64,000 nt of DNA from a virus, in IMG/VR virus record IMGVR_UViG_3300028920_000044, positions 1 to 64,000 of that record; one strand, given 5' to 3'. A model generated the notes under the pieces. The model saw nothing but the letters and a program-made list of their open reading frames with translations, had not been told where the DNA came from and ran no database searches. The position numbers and the translations under genes are program-made. Of the stretch, positions 48,213 to 57,599 are shown in pieces. Numbering within the stretch: the first letter of the stretch is position 1; every line of letters starts with the position of its first letter.

Positions 48213-48935
48213 TTAAACACATGTAGCAATAATCTTTGCGAGATTATGCATCTTCTTCTCGAAAGATTCAACAAGATCAACTAATTTATCTTGGTCAAAC
48301 ACTCTCCCATAATCGACATTGTCAGTAAGATATTGAATCCGAGCCCAAGAACCAAAAGGAAAAGAAACATTTCTAAGAAGGTTCTCAATAACAGCAACTT
48401 TAATACCAAATTTGATAGCTTCATCTGTATCGGTACCGTCTGTAATTAATGCAGCGATTGTATCTTTCGACGTATCGTAATACCGTTCTTTTCTTTGTTC
48501 GTCGTTAAGTTTGTAAAAGTTACGATCCAAGTTCTCGTAAATAGCTTTTGACAAACGTCTTTGAGCTTTTTCAAGAGAGTCATCTATAATTGATTCATTA
48601 ATCCCTTTCCCATAAAACTCAGGAACGATATTAACAAACTCATAAATTTTTCTTACATTTGTAAACAAAGCACTCATAACGCCTTCGATTTGAGGATGCA
48701 CACTCTCATCAAGCTTCTGAAATAGTTGATCATAGTACATCATATCAACTCTAATTTTTGATTCGAATGCAATTTGATCATAAGGTTTATAAAACCCTTT
48801 ACCCATATCCTTCTGCTTTGCAATTCGTTGTGCTTCTTCAAGAACTGTAACCCTTATACCTTTGCTCTCTGTAATCTTACTCAAAGCATCCCGAGATTCT
48901 CGCATAATATCCATCTGGGTATCTTCGGTAAACAT
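48213..48935 (-). CDS. putative head protein
   Basis: GGAG RBS; N-terminal IMRE/ITE/VLEE candidate processing sites. Confidence 0.6.
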   Translation of the reverse strand: MFTEDTQMDIMRESRDALSKITESKGIRVTVLEEAQRIAKQKDMGKGFYKPYDQIAFESKIRVDMMYYDQLFQKLDESVHPQIEGVMSALFTNVRKIYEFVNIVPEFYGKGINESIIDDSLEKAQRRLSKAIYENLDRNFYKLNDEQRKERYYDTSKDTIAALITDGTDTDEAIKFGIKVAVIENLLRNVSFPFGSWARIQYLTDNVDYGRVFDQDKLVDLVESFEKKMHNLAKIIATCV

Positions 48936-48960
48936 AATATTTCCTCCATAAATGAAAATG

Positions 48961-51225
48961 TTAAATTCTGCCTTCTAACTCATTTCTCGTCATATTCTCG
49001 ACATAGGTCTCAAATGTACGAATGTTAGATTTATTGATTTGTGTCATATACTGAAGTTTATAGTATACTTGCCCACGCTTAGAATCTATGACAATTAAAT
49101 TTGGCACATCTAATCTTTGGTTAATAAATTTGACTATTCCCTTGACATAATTGTCTGTAACATTTAGCCCCTCCTCTACACCTTTAGATAACAAATGGCG
49201 CCAAGACTTTGAAACAACTGCTGCATGTAACATCACAATCGTCTCAAGTGGTACTACTAATGTATAGTTTGGTAAATCCAAAGCATCATTAGCAACAGTT
49301 TCAATTTCTATATCAATGTAATCGACATACTGACACACAGACCCCATCACAGCTACATAATATAATGTTCTAATAAAACTTTTAATATAACCCTTTGTCT
49401 GATTAATAAATTCTTCAACTGCTTCTATTAATTTATCTGGATCATCATGGTCTAATATATTTCGTCTTAATATTGCAATATTATCAGGTACACCTTGGGG
49501 GTTATATCTAAATTCTTGATGATATGTAATAACTATATTTTCAACAGCTTGATCAATTACTCTTTCAACTTTATCAAATATTGGTTTAGGGTTATTAATA
49601 ATTTTTCCTAATTGATATGCTAAACTTTGATGCATACTATCAAATTCTTCTCCAATATCGGTAGAAACTCGAGTAAACATGCCAAAACTTTCTTTAGTAA
49701 TCATTGGATCACTAAGCATCACATTTTTTAAATCCTCTGTTCTTGATTCTACTTTTTGGATTGCTTTACCTAAAGTCTTTGTACATATTGACTTCATAAG
49801 TTTAGCTTTGTTTTCATCAACCCCGGCACCTCTAAAAGAGTTTTCAACAGCAGAGAATACTTCTCCAGTTATTTTCGCTATTTCCCCCATTAAGAACTTA
49901 TCAAGCGTTTCTTCTTTTAACTTTTGATAATCAATAATAGATTCATGAGGATGTATTGTCATCAATAATGATTTCGTATACATATTGATATTGTAACCTA
50001 AATACGCCAAAAAATTATGAAGAACTAGATCGCTTAGTTCTCCCGCTTTTGGAGATAATGTTTTAACTGTTGATTCTATTTGTCCTGGGTTACGAGTCAA
50101 TCCAAATTGTGATCGTAAAAGATTATCATTAAGCATAAACTTAAAGAAAAGCTCTGCCTCTTTTAGATTCCCTTGTACGACATTTAATATATCAAATTCC
50201 TTCACAGGTTTGAATGTATCTCGTGGCATATTAGTTGGTACAACTGTAGGTACACCCTCTTTTCCAGGCGAATAGAGTTCTTTTGAAGCTATTTGGTCTT
50301 GTCTAGATAATGGTAATCTTGATGGTATCCTAGGATCAATCCACGTTTTTCTCCACCGTTTTACGGTTTCATATGGTTTCCCTATGGCTTTCTCAAAACG
50401 ATTTGATATTCTTCTACCAAAAGATTCTAATCCTTGTGCTATTTTAGGATGATCTGGAGCCAACCAAGAAATTAATCTGTCATGAAGTGTGTTTCTATCT
50501 TGTTCAGCATCAAACTTCGACATATTCGCTAAAAGATTCCAAGCTTCTTTCTCATCAAGACGTTTAATAACATTAAATATGTACTTAATATTTGTTTCAC
50601 CTTGCGGCCCACCAATTGGTTTCTTTAAAGCAATCGCTGTGGTTAAGACGTATGCAAGAGTTAAAGAATCAATAGAGTATGCTTTAGTACCAACAATTAC
50701 AGGGACATCAATTAAATTTTCTAGCGTTATTAACTCAACAAAAGGATTCAATTTCTTTACCCTTGGTTCAGTTGCTAGATATCTTTTGATAATAGCTGTT
50801 TTCTCTCTAATCTTTTCCTGGAGTTTATATTCATCCATTCTTGGTATAGCAGAAGGTTCTTGCATCTGATAAGATTGATAACTTCCAGATCCGCCTTGTC
50901 CTAATGAAGATTGAGAGATTAAAGTTTGCACATCTGATGAATTTCCGTTTTCATCAGTTAAAGAAAAACTTTTCGAAGCACTCGCTACTATATTCAATGC
51001 ATTGCTTACGAATATCTCCTTCAACATAGAAACAGCCATAAAGTTTCTCATCGTCTGTTCAAACTTCTGTAATCGCTTATCAAATAACATTGGGTATATA
51101 AATGTTAACTTAAATTGTTGGTCTATATCCTCTACACTGATGTTCTTAGCTCCTACATCAAAGGTCTTTACCTTTCTCAGGTTACGAGTTGCGCTTGAAT
51201 AAAGCTGTCTTCCTGTTAAATTCAT
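48961..51225 (-). CDS. large hypothetical protein, probably virion
   Basis: GAGG RBS; 754 aa. Confidence 0.75.
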   Translation of the reverse strand: MNLTGRQLYSSATRNLRKVKTFDVGAKNISVEDIDQQFKLTFIYPMLFDKRLQKFEQTMRNFMAVSMLKEIFVSNALNIVASASKSFSLTDENGNSSDVQTLISQSSLGQGGSGSYQSYQMQEPSAIPRMDEYKLQEKIREKTAIIKRYLATEPRVKKLNPFVELITLENLIDVPVIVGTKAYSIDSLTLAYVLTTAIALKKPIGGPQGETNIKYIFNVIKRLDEKEAWNLLANMSKFDAEQDRNTLHDRLISWLAPDHPKIAQGLESFGRRISNRFEKAIGKPYETVKRWRKTWIDPRIPSRLPLSRQDQIASKELYSPGKEGVPTVVPTNMPRDTFKPVKEFDILNVVQGNLKEAELFFKFMLNDNLLRSQFGLTRNPGQIESTVKTLSPKAGELSDLVLHNFLAYLGYNINMYTKSLLMTIHPHESIIDYQKLKEETLDKFLMGEIAKITGEVFSAVENSFRGAGVDENKAKLMKSICTKTLGKAIQKVESRTEDLKNVMLSDPMITKESFGMFTRVSTDIGEEFDSMHQSLAYQLGKIINNPKPIFDKVERVIDQAVENIVITYHQEFRYNPQGVPDNIAILRRNILDHDDPDKLIEAVEEFINQTKGYIKSFIRTLYYVAVMGSVCQYVDYIDIEIETVANDALDLPNYTLVVPLETIVMLHAAVVSKSWRHLLSKGVEEGLNVTDNYVKGIVKFINQRLDVPNLIVIDSKRGQVYYKLQYMTQINKSNIRTFETYVENMTRNELEGRI

Positions 51226-51241
51226 ACTTTACCTCTCGTAG

Positions 51242-52141
51242 TTAACATCTGATATCGGCATATATTGTTGTTATCTCTTTCGAAAACTTAGGATAAGTTT
51301 TCTTATAGTCTAATCGCATTTTATCTATTATATCACACATACGCTTTGAATCTTTCGGATAGCTTGACAGCGAAAAGAATGATTTAATACTATCCCAAGT
51401 TTTTTGTATCCAAGTGTGTGGTCTTGCTTTTCCACCAGTTAATTTATTAAACTTAAAGAACACCTTCGCTAAATCATCACCATATCCATATTTGACTGCA
51501 TATTCATCAGCATTCAATTCCCCCATATGATCAGCAAATGTTAAACTTCTAGAGAGAGCAAAAAGAGACAGAACAACAGGCAATAATATTAATGATACTG
51601 CGGGAAAAACAATAACTCTTAAAAGGGTAAGAGCTCCAATCAATAGCCCCCCCTTCGCAACCTGGTTTACTAGAGTCGGAAGTAACATAGAAAAATTAGC
51701 AGTGTGCTGATATATATGACCAATCTCATGCAATAATATCGCTGTAAGTTCTCTAGGTGTAAACATGTCTAATGTCTTCGTTCCAAATATAACATATATT
51801 CCCTTAATATATCTTGGAGATTCTTCAGCCTTAAACTTCTCTGTTTTTAGCTTATTCTCTCCATCTTTCTTAAAAACCTTCGGTAATGTTTGATTGTATT
51901 TTATAAATATACAAGCGTCATGCACATTTTCTTTGACTACAAAGTATACTGATTTTACTCCTGTAAAACTCTTTATATTTCTAACAAGGTCTACTATTTG
52001 TTGTTTATCCTTAGTATTTTTTCTAATACTATCAAAGTTCTTATCGATATTCTTTAACACAGGGGATCTTACTTTAGCAGCTTCAAACATTATATATTCA
52101 AAATTTCTATTGATATCTTCAATGATCAAATCAACATTCAT
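51242..52141 (-). CDS. zincin metallopeptidase (M48-like) with hydrophobic hairpin
   Basis: ELTAILLHEIGH, downstream E..AD.YA...GYG..LA, TM segments. Confidence 0.85.
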   Translation of the reverse strand: MNVDLIIEDINRNFEYIMFEAAKVRSPVLKNIDKNFDSIRKNTKDKQQIVDLVRNIKSFTGVKSVYFVVKENVHDACIFIKYNQTLPKVFKKDGENKLKTEKFKAEESPRYIKGIYVIFGTKTLDMFTPRELTAILLHEIGHIYQHTANFSMLLPTLVNQVAKGGLLIGALTLLRVIVFPAVSLILLPVVLSLFALSRSLTFADHMGELNADEYAVKYGYGDDLAKVFFKFNKLTGGKARPHTWIQKTWDSIKSFFSLSSYPKDSKRMCDIIDKMRLDYKKTYPKFSKEITTIYADIRC

Positions 52142-52160
52142 TGATATCTCCTATATTCGA

Positions 52161-52281
52161 TCCTGGCCCCATACCGGGTGGAGAGGTCGGATAAACCCTG
52201 ACGCCCAAGATGGCAAAACACAAAACCCGCAAATTAAAAAGGGTAATGTTAAGAAAGCGTCATACCGATACGAGACCAGGG
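52161..52281 (-). ncRNA. candidate ~120-nt structured ncRNA
   Basis: 16-bp closing stem with 4 G-U pairs, inner 8-bp stem, further 4-bp stems; GC-rich in an AT-rich genome. Confidence 0.6.
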
Positions 52282-52283
52282 AA

Positions 52284-53249
52284 CTATTTAATGTCACATA
52301 TCTTATAATAGTGACAAAAAAAGCATTTCTTTCGATTCACAAACTCATTATCACCAGGTGGTAAAGTATTGCTATCTAGAAACCCATTTATTTCTTTTAT
52401 TTTACGCCGAATAAAATCGTAATAAGGTTCGGCATCAAAAGTATTCGTATCTAACACCATTGAAGTTATGAAATAAAATGGATTTCTTTTTGAATTTAAT
52501 TGTTTCTTAATAGAATCTACAATTTTAAGTGCCATAGAGAAATCATCAATATCACTTGCAGTGATATCATGTGCGAGATAAATAAACTGTAACGTATCTA
52601 TATTATAATAGTCTAATGCTGGTTTATTTGATCTCGTTTTAATACTTTCATCTTTTGCTTCTGTAAGAAAATTCTCTAATACATACTTATAAGTCATTAC
52701 TTGATAAAAGTCTGCAATTCTAGGTTTTTGATCTCTGATAATCTTTTGATAATCTTTATATGTACAACTTTTAATCTCTGCTAGGACATTAAATCCCTTC
52801 AAATTATCTAATCTTCCACTAAATCGGATCGAAGGTATTTTTACAGATACTTCTGTTTCTGTAAATTGATCAGTTACTCCTTGAATGAAATCATGACATG
52901 CACTTCCAAGTGTCGCTCGAAAAGATAGGGGTAACCACTTGTCCCCAAATGATTTAATAGGTGTTTTAGAAAGTTTATAAATAATTTGTCTGATACAATT
53001 ATCTGCTACATCATATGCATTAATATTCGCGGCAACTTCGGCATAAACTCGATTCTTATTTTCTGCCTTTTCAGCTACTTCCCTTGAAAACACAGATACA
53101 TCAAATGGTTTAGCTCGTTCACTAACTACAGGAACAGATTCTTCCTGTATAGAATCCTGTGTTTTAGATGCCTGAGATGCCGTGATTTTTCTTTCGCCTT
53201 CCTTGCCATTAATTAAATTTACTACGCTATTAAATTCACTCAATTGCAC
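52284..53249 (-). CDS. Cas4-like PD-(D/E)XK exonuclease with Fe-S cysteines
   Basis: N-terminal C.RQ..Y, G...H, SGRLD, EIKS, Q...Y, C-terminal CFFC.....C. Confidence 0.85.
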   Translation of the reverse strand: MQLSEFNSVVNLINGKEGERKITASQASKTQDSIQEESVPVVSERAKPFDVSVFSREVAEKAENKNRVYAEVAANINAYDVADNCIRQIIYKLSKTPIKSFGDKWLPLSFRATLGSACHDFIQGVTDQFTETEVSVKIPSIRFSGRLDNLKGFNVLAEIKSCTYKDYQKIIRDQKPRIADFYQVMTYKYVLENFLTEAKDESIKTRSNKPALDYYNIDTLQFIYLAHDITASDIDDFSMALKIVDSIKKQLNSKRNPFYFITSMVLDTNTFDAEPYYDFIRRKIKEINGFLDSNTLPPGDNEFVNRKKCFFCHYYKICDIK

Positions 53250-53299
53250 GCCTCCAATGTTATATCTTCGTCGTTAGTATTAATATTACTTTTAATACT

Positions 53300-53321
53300 A
53301 TTTCTATATAAAACTAGAAGA
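53300..53321 (-). promoter_or_regulatory. phage promoter/operator motif
   Basis: Minus strand TCTTC-TAGTTT-TATATAGAAAT. Confidence 0.7.
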
Positions 53322-53323
53322 CA

Positions 53324-53363
53324 TAAATTTTCAGGGAGGTGACGAACCCTCCCCAAAAATTTA
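53324..53363 (-). terminator. hairpin terminator
   Basis: TAAATTTT..GGGAGG/CCTCCC..AAAATTTA. Confidence 0.6.
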
Positions 53364-53384
53364 GAGTGCTACCTTCACACAGTC

Positions 53385-54056
53385 TTACTCTTCTTTCTTT
53401 TTCTTTCTACCGCGAAGTAACTTAGCAGCACCTATTGCTCCAGCGCCTAGACCTGCAGCGATAGCAACTTTACCACCATGCTCAGATCCAAATTTCTTAA
53501 TGGCACTACCGGCATCATCAAGGGCTTCTTTAGTTTTATGAATACCTACTGCTGTTCGTGCTCCTGTTTTCATGCTCGTTGCTGGATTAAATCCTACAGC
53601 ATTCATACCTCTGGCAACTTTTACACCAGGTTCAATACTACCCAAATTACTAAGATCTCTCTTTGCAACCCTACCAATCAGAGGCACATTCTTTAATTTT
53701 TTAGCAACGGATTGATATGTATCAATACTATCATCCGTACTTTTGAGGCTTTTACCCAATTCTTCTCTAGACGTGTTCTTAAACTTTTTATCAATCTTAG
53801 CATACAGCTCTTTTCTCTTCTCAGCATCAGGAAAATCACTTTTTTCCTGAAGAGCAATGATCACACCTTCAGAATATTCTTTCGCTATACCAGAAATCTC
53901 TAAGACGAGATCTGTTGTTTTGTGTTCTTTAGCTTCATCGATCCAATTCGCTTTTTGTTCTGGAGAAGCGAGGATCCAAGCTAGAACATCTTCTCGTATT
54001 TCAAGACCCTTTAATGGATCTTTTTGGTTTGATGCAACAAATTGTTGATAGCCCAT
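53385..54056 (-). CDS. putative internal head protein (paralog A)
   Basis: MGYQQFV N-terminus; shares N- and C-termini with 54088..54516. Confidence 0.7.
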   Translation of the reverse strand: MGYQQFVASNQKDPLKGLEIREDVLAWILASPEQKANWIDEAKEHKTTDLVLEISGIAKEYSEGVIIALQEKSDFPDAEKRKELYAKIDKKFKNTSREELGKSLKSTDDSIDTYQSVAKKLKNVPLIGRVAKRDLSNLGSIEPGVKVARGMNAVGFNPATSMKTGARTAVGIHKTKEALDDAGSAIKKFGSEHGGKVAIAAGLGAGAIGAAKLLRGRKKKKEE

Positions 54057-54087
54057 AATTTTAATCTCCTCATATAATTTAATTTAA

Positions 54088-54516
54088 TTATTCAGCAGCG
54101 CCAGAAGGAGAACTAGCCGGAACACCAGCAACCTGTTCTCTTCGTAATTTTTTAGCCAGATTCAATGCACCCAATCCTTGTGCAATTCCGGCGGCGGCGG
54201 CAATTTTGCCTTTGTCAGACATCTGAGGATCATCATCACTCATATTGGTGGCAGCTTTAGGTTCACCAGCTGTGGTAGTAGGATCAATTTCTTTACCTGC
54301 TTCATCACCAGATCCACCAGCTTCGGTATTCGGAACATTTGCAGATTCAGAGATTTCAAGAACGTATTTACTTGCCTCATCATCTCCCTTTACTTCTTGA
54401 ATAACAGCTGCTTTCTCTTTTGGAGACATATTCTTCCAGGCTTCAACATCTTCTTCAAACGTCTTGACAGTCTGTCCCTTGCCTTCTAAATTGTCTATAA
54501 AATCTTGATAAGACAT
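54088..54516 (-). CDS. putative internal head protein (paralog B)
   Basis: MSYQDFI N-terminus; shared termini. Confidence 0.7.
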   Translation of the reverse strand: MSYQDFIDNLEGKGQTVKTFEEDVEAWKNMSPKEKAAVIQEVKGDDEASKYVLEISESANVPNTEAGGSGDEAGKEIDPTTTAGEPKAATNMSDDDPQMSDKGKIAAAAGIAQGLGALNLAKKLRREQVAGVPASSPSGAAE

Positions 54517-54550
54517 ACTTTTTCTCCTTTGATATTCGTTGAATTTAGGT

Positions 54551-54883
54551 TTATGATTTCATTGCGGCCTTACGAGCGGCCTGTTTTCCTCTCATACCAT
54601 ATTTGCGCATAACCTTCGTCTTAAACTTCTTCCATAATTTCTTGTACTTAATCATCTTTTTATAGTCGGTGTCATTCTTATCTTTGGCTAATCTTGCCGC
54701 CATTGATCCGCCTAATCTAGATAATTTCTCTTGTCTACCAACTCTTAGCATAGACATTTTTAATACTTCATTAATTGTATCATCATCCATAAAATCAATA
54801 CATTCAATTAACATATTTTTCAATTCTTCATCCGGTATATCTAATTCTAACAATTCTTGTTCGGACAATTCTGAATAATCCAT
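54551..54883 (-). CDS. small protein: acidic propeptide plus very basic C-terminal domain
   Basis: LLE/LIE/INE sites then Lys/Arg-rich region. Confidence 0.7.
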   Translation of the reverse strand: MDYSELSEQELLELDIPDEELKNMLIECIDFMDDDTINEVLKMSMLRVGRQEKLSRLGGSMAARLAKDKNDTDYKKMIKYKKLWKKFKTKVMRKYGMRGKQAARKAAMKS

Positions 54884-54896
54884 TTAACTCATCCTC

Positions 54897-55775
54897 CTAC
54901 TTATATTGTCTCATATTCCTTGACTTAGTGATTTCATTTCGGGATTCAATCATTTTACTCTTTAACTCCTGTAATGCGTTTCTTTTCTTTACCTCATCTT
55001 TTGCAAAGACATAATCTAATAAATCATTAAACGAATCAAATCCAGCTTTTAGTTCTTTAAAATAATCATTACAAGCAGCAGATAATTGAAGTCCAGCGAC
55101 GCTCTTTAACATATCATCAGGCTTAAGATTTTGAATTTGATCGAATCCTCCCGTATTTTTAAGACAAACAAAATAACTTTTAGAGAGAAGAGCTAATGCC
55201 TCTATCATGTATTTAACATAACATTTTTTAAGGCAATCCCCTTGCTTAAATGATTCGGCACTAGATACAACAGGTCGTTTACCACCAGTTGAGAAATAAG
55301 ACCACATGCTTAAATCTTTTTCGTCAATATCACAAGCCTTATAACATTTTTTAGAGTTTTGTTGAATAATAGCATATCTGAATTTCCAATACCGCCCATG
55401 TTTAGAAAGAAACTTACCTATAGACTCTGAAACTTCACCTATCTTTTGACCCGCAGAGAAAATTGCTCTATTAATCCTATCACCGTATATAAAGAAAAAC
55501 AAAGCAGAGATTCCACCAATGGCCATAAGCGTCAAAGGATCTACTTCTTGCAACACCTCTTCATTATATTGAAAATCGAAGTATGTTTTAAATATCTGTT
55601 GCTGTTGAAGCAAGTTTGTATCGTATAGATGATCATAAAGATCTATATCAGTTTCCCTTAGTTCTTTAACTAATTCGTAGGTTTCATCAAAAAGTTGATC
55701 TTTTGTAATCTTGTCATGAAGGCGATTTTGGTCGATATATGCTTCGGCGATGGTTTTAAAAAATCGTACGTCCAT
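54897..55775 (-). CDS. putative head protein with TM segment and Cys-rich helical region
   Basis: Acidic N-terminus ending VLQE, hydrophobic stretch, C.K.C motifs. Confidence 0.65.
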   Translation of the reverse strand: MDVRFFKTIAEAYIDQNRLHDKITKDQLFDETYELVKELRETDIDLYDHLYDTNLLQQQQIFKTYFDFQYNEEVLQEVDPLTLMAIGGISALFFFIYGDRINRAIFSAGQKIGEVSESIGKFLSKHGRYWKFRYAIIQQNSKKCYKACDIDEKDLSMWSYFSTGGKRPVVSSAESFKQGDCLKKCYVKYMIEALALLSKSYFVCLKNTGGFDQIQNLKPDDMLKSVAGLQLSAACNDYFKELKAGFDSFNDLLDYVFAKDEVKKRNALQELKSKMIESRNEITKSRNMRQYK

Positions 55776-55801
55776 TTATAAGTTCTCCCTTTTAATTAAC
55801 T

Positions 55802-55867
55802 AAAAAGAGGGCGGGGTAATACGGAGGGTCAGATTCTACGTTTGGTTAAAACAACTACCCCACCCTC
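55802..55867 (-). terminator. terminator with unusually large loop after recA
   Basis: GAGGGTGGGGTA/TACCCCGCCCTC followed by TTTTT. Confidence 0.65.
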
Positions 55868-55872
55868 AATAC

Positions 55873-57327
55873 TTATGTAGTCTGTTGTTCATCAAAAACA
55901 GGCTTATATCCCTCTTCAGTTGGTTGATTCTGATTTAGGAAAAAATCCTCACTAACTTGAGGAACTTCTTCTCCTTGTATCGCTGGAGCAGTAGGTTCTT
56001 CTGGGTTAAAATTTTGTAACGGATTTTCATTTAAAGTGTCAGTAACTACATTATGAATAGTTTCATCAATTACACATTGTTCCTTTGCATCATCATACTC
56101 GCCCACTTCGCATCTAAAAATACCTTGAGTTATACGAGTATATACACTTACTTGTACTGCGAAATCAAACCACTGTTTAAATTCTGGATCTGTATCATAC
56201 TTCTCTTTTGCATTCTTTCTGTAAAATGAATTACTTTTCCATTTTTCAACTCCATTTTCATCAGATACTACAAGTTTTACTCTAGGTCCATCTTTCTTTA
56301 TCATAAATAAAGAAGCAGGAGGAGCATTCTTATAAATCTTCTTTTCACTAGGGATTATCTCCATAAGAAAATAGAATTCAGACCAGAACTTACTTATGCC
56401 TGTCTTTTTATCGAACACACAGGTAACGGCATGTTGACTTGGTGCTAACTTATTTTTCTCAGTATACACATCCATAAACCAACCATCAATACCTATTCCG
56501 TCAGCAGGTGTAATTAACTTCTTTTTACTAAGAAAAAGCCATTGTTGAGTCTTGTGTTGCAAAGCATAGATATTAGTAGCGGACTTGAAATCTTTAAATA
56601 CACCAACAGACTTCTCAGATTGAGCATATGGCCCTTCAATCTTAAGATTCGCACGAATTTGATCAATACAAACAAATGTTACTCGATTGAATTTAATTTG
56701 GGGTCCATACTTATCTAAAAGAAAACTGACCTGTCGTGCTTTATTACCTATGATTGAATTAGGACTTTCTGCTTCTAACGCTTTGGGACCAGGTGTTGAT
56801 GCAATACTATCCCAAATAAATGCAACATAAAACTCTTTCTCAAGCTTCTCTTCAAACACTTTCTTAATTGCAATTAATCGATCAATTAATTCAAATATCC
56901 CATCAACATTTACAATGATAGGTTCATATTTAAATCGATTTTCATCTAATCCAAATATTTCAATTCTACTTTGTCTGAACTCGCTATTTTTATTATTTCC
57001 TGATCCTTCTACATCTAGATAAACAACAACTGAGTTCGGATAAATCTTCTGGAATACAGAACTGAATTGAAACGCTAAAGTAGACTTCCCTGTCTCAGGT
57101 GTACTACTAAAGAGAATTGGATCTGATGAAACAATACCTCCACCTAATAAGGCATCAAGATGTTGAATACCAAAGGGAGTAACTATTGGATCTGGCGCCA
57201 TTAAATGACCATATTCACTTAATATAATCTTATCAAATGCCTCTCCTAACTTTTCAGTTAGTCCTTCTTCCGCATTCTCTAAACTATCCAGATCCACTTT
57301 TTCTACTGATGTTTTTTTCCTCGCCAT
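55873..57327 (-). CDS. recA: RecA/UvsX-like recombinase
   Basis: G...LDALLGGG, Walker A STPETGKST, YLD.E, Walker B IWDSIA, IDQIR, KNK..P. Confidence 0.9.
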   Translation of the reverse strand: MARKKTSVEKVDLDSLENAEEGLTEKLGEAFDKIILSEYGHLMAPDPIVTPFGIQHLDALLGGGIVSSDPILFSSTPETGKSTLAFQFSSVFQKIYPNSVVVYLDVEGSGNNKNSEFRQSRIEIFGLDENRFKYEPIIVNVDGIFELIDRLIAIKKVFEEKLEKEFYVAFIWDSIASTPGPKALEAESPNSIIGNKARQVSFLLDKYGPQIKFNRVTFVCIDQIRANLKIEGPYAQSEKSVGVFKDFKSATNIYALQHKTQQWLFLSKKKLITPADGIGIDGWFMDVYTEKNKLAPSQHAVTCVFDKKTGISKFWSEFYFLMEIIPSEKKIYKNAPPASLFMIKKDGPRVKLVVSDENGVEKWKSNSFYRKNAKEKYDTDPEFKQWFDFAVQVSVYTRITQGIFRCEVGEYDDAKEQCVIDETIHNVVTDTLNENPLQNFNPEEPTAPAIQGEEVPQVSEDFFLNQNQPTEEGYKPVFDEQQTT

Positions 57328-57348
57328 ATAGTTTCGCCTCCAGACTAA

Positions 57349-57582
57349 TTACTTCTTTATTTTTTTTCTAATGACAACAGGTTCTTCTTCGATATCTATA
57401 GTCTTGTTATTTTTAGAATCTTTTAATTTCTCTTTTTTAATAATAATTTCTTTCTCCGGTGTAGTTTTCTTTGCAACAGTTATATCAAGATCATTTAATT
57501 CGGGAGGATAAGATTTCTTCCTAACCCGTCTTATAACTATTGACTCTGACTCTTTTAGTATATTACTCAAAGGAATCATCAA
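57349..57582 (-). CDS. small Lys-rich protein with MIPLSNILKE leader
   Basis: GAGG RBS; shared leader. Confidence 0.6.
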   Translation of the reverse strand: MMIPLSNILKESESIVIRRVRKKSYPPELNDLDITVAKKTTPEKEIIIKKEKLKDSKNNKTIDIEEEPVVIRKKIKK

Positions 57583-57599
57583 TATATCCTCGTTTAAAA

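Noticed and set aside
52161-52281. 5S rRNA or c-di-GMP riboswitch identity for the 120-nt element
   Set aside because: Size and CCUGG/CCAGG ends resemble 5S, but conserved internal loops (e.g. CCGAAC) are absent; GGCAAA...CGCAAA on the + strand lacks the required stem.
52284-53249. Cas4-like gene (with the Cas2/VapD-like ORF at 21135) as a CRISPR-Cas system
   Set aside because: No repeat-spacer array or cas1 seen, the two genes are 31 kb apart, and solo Cas4-like nucleases are common in phages.
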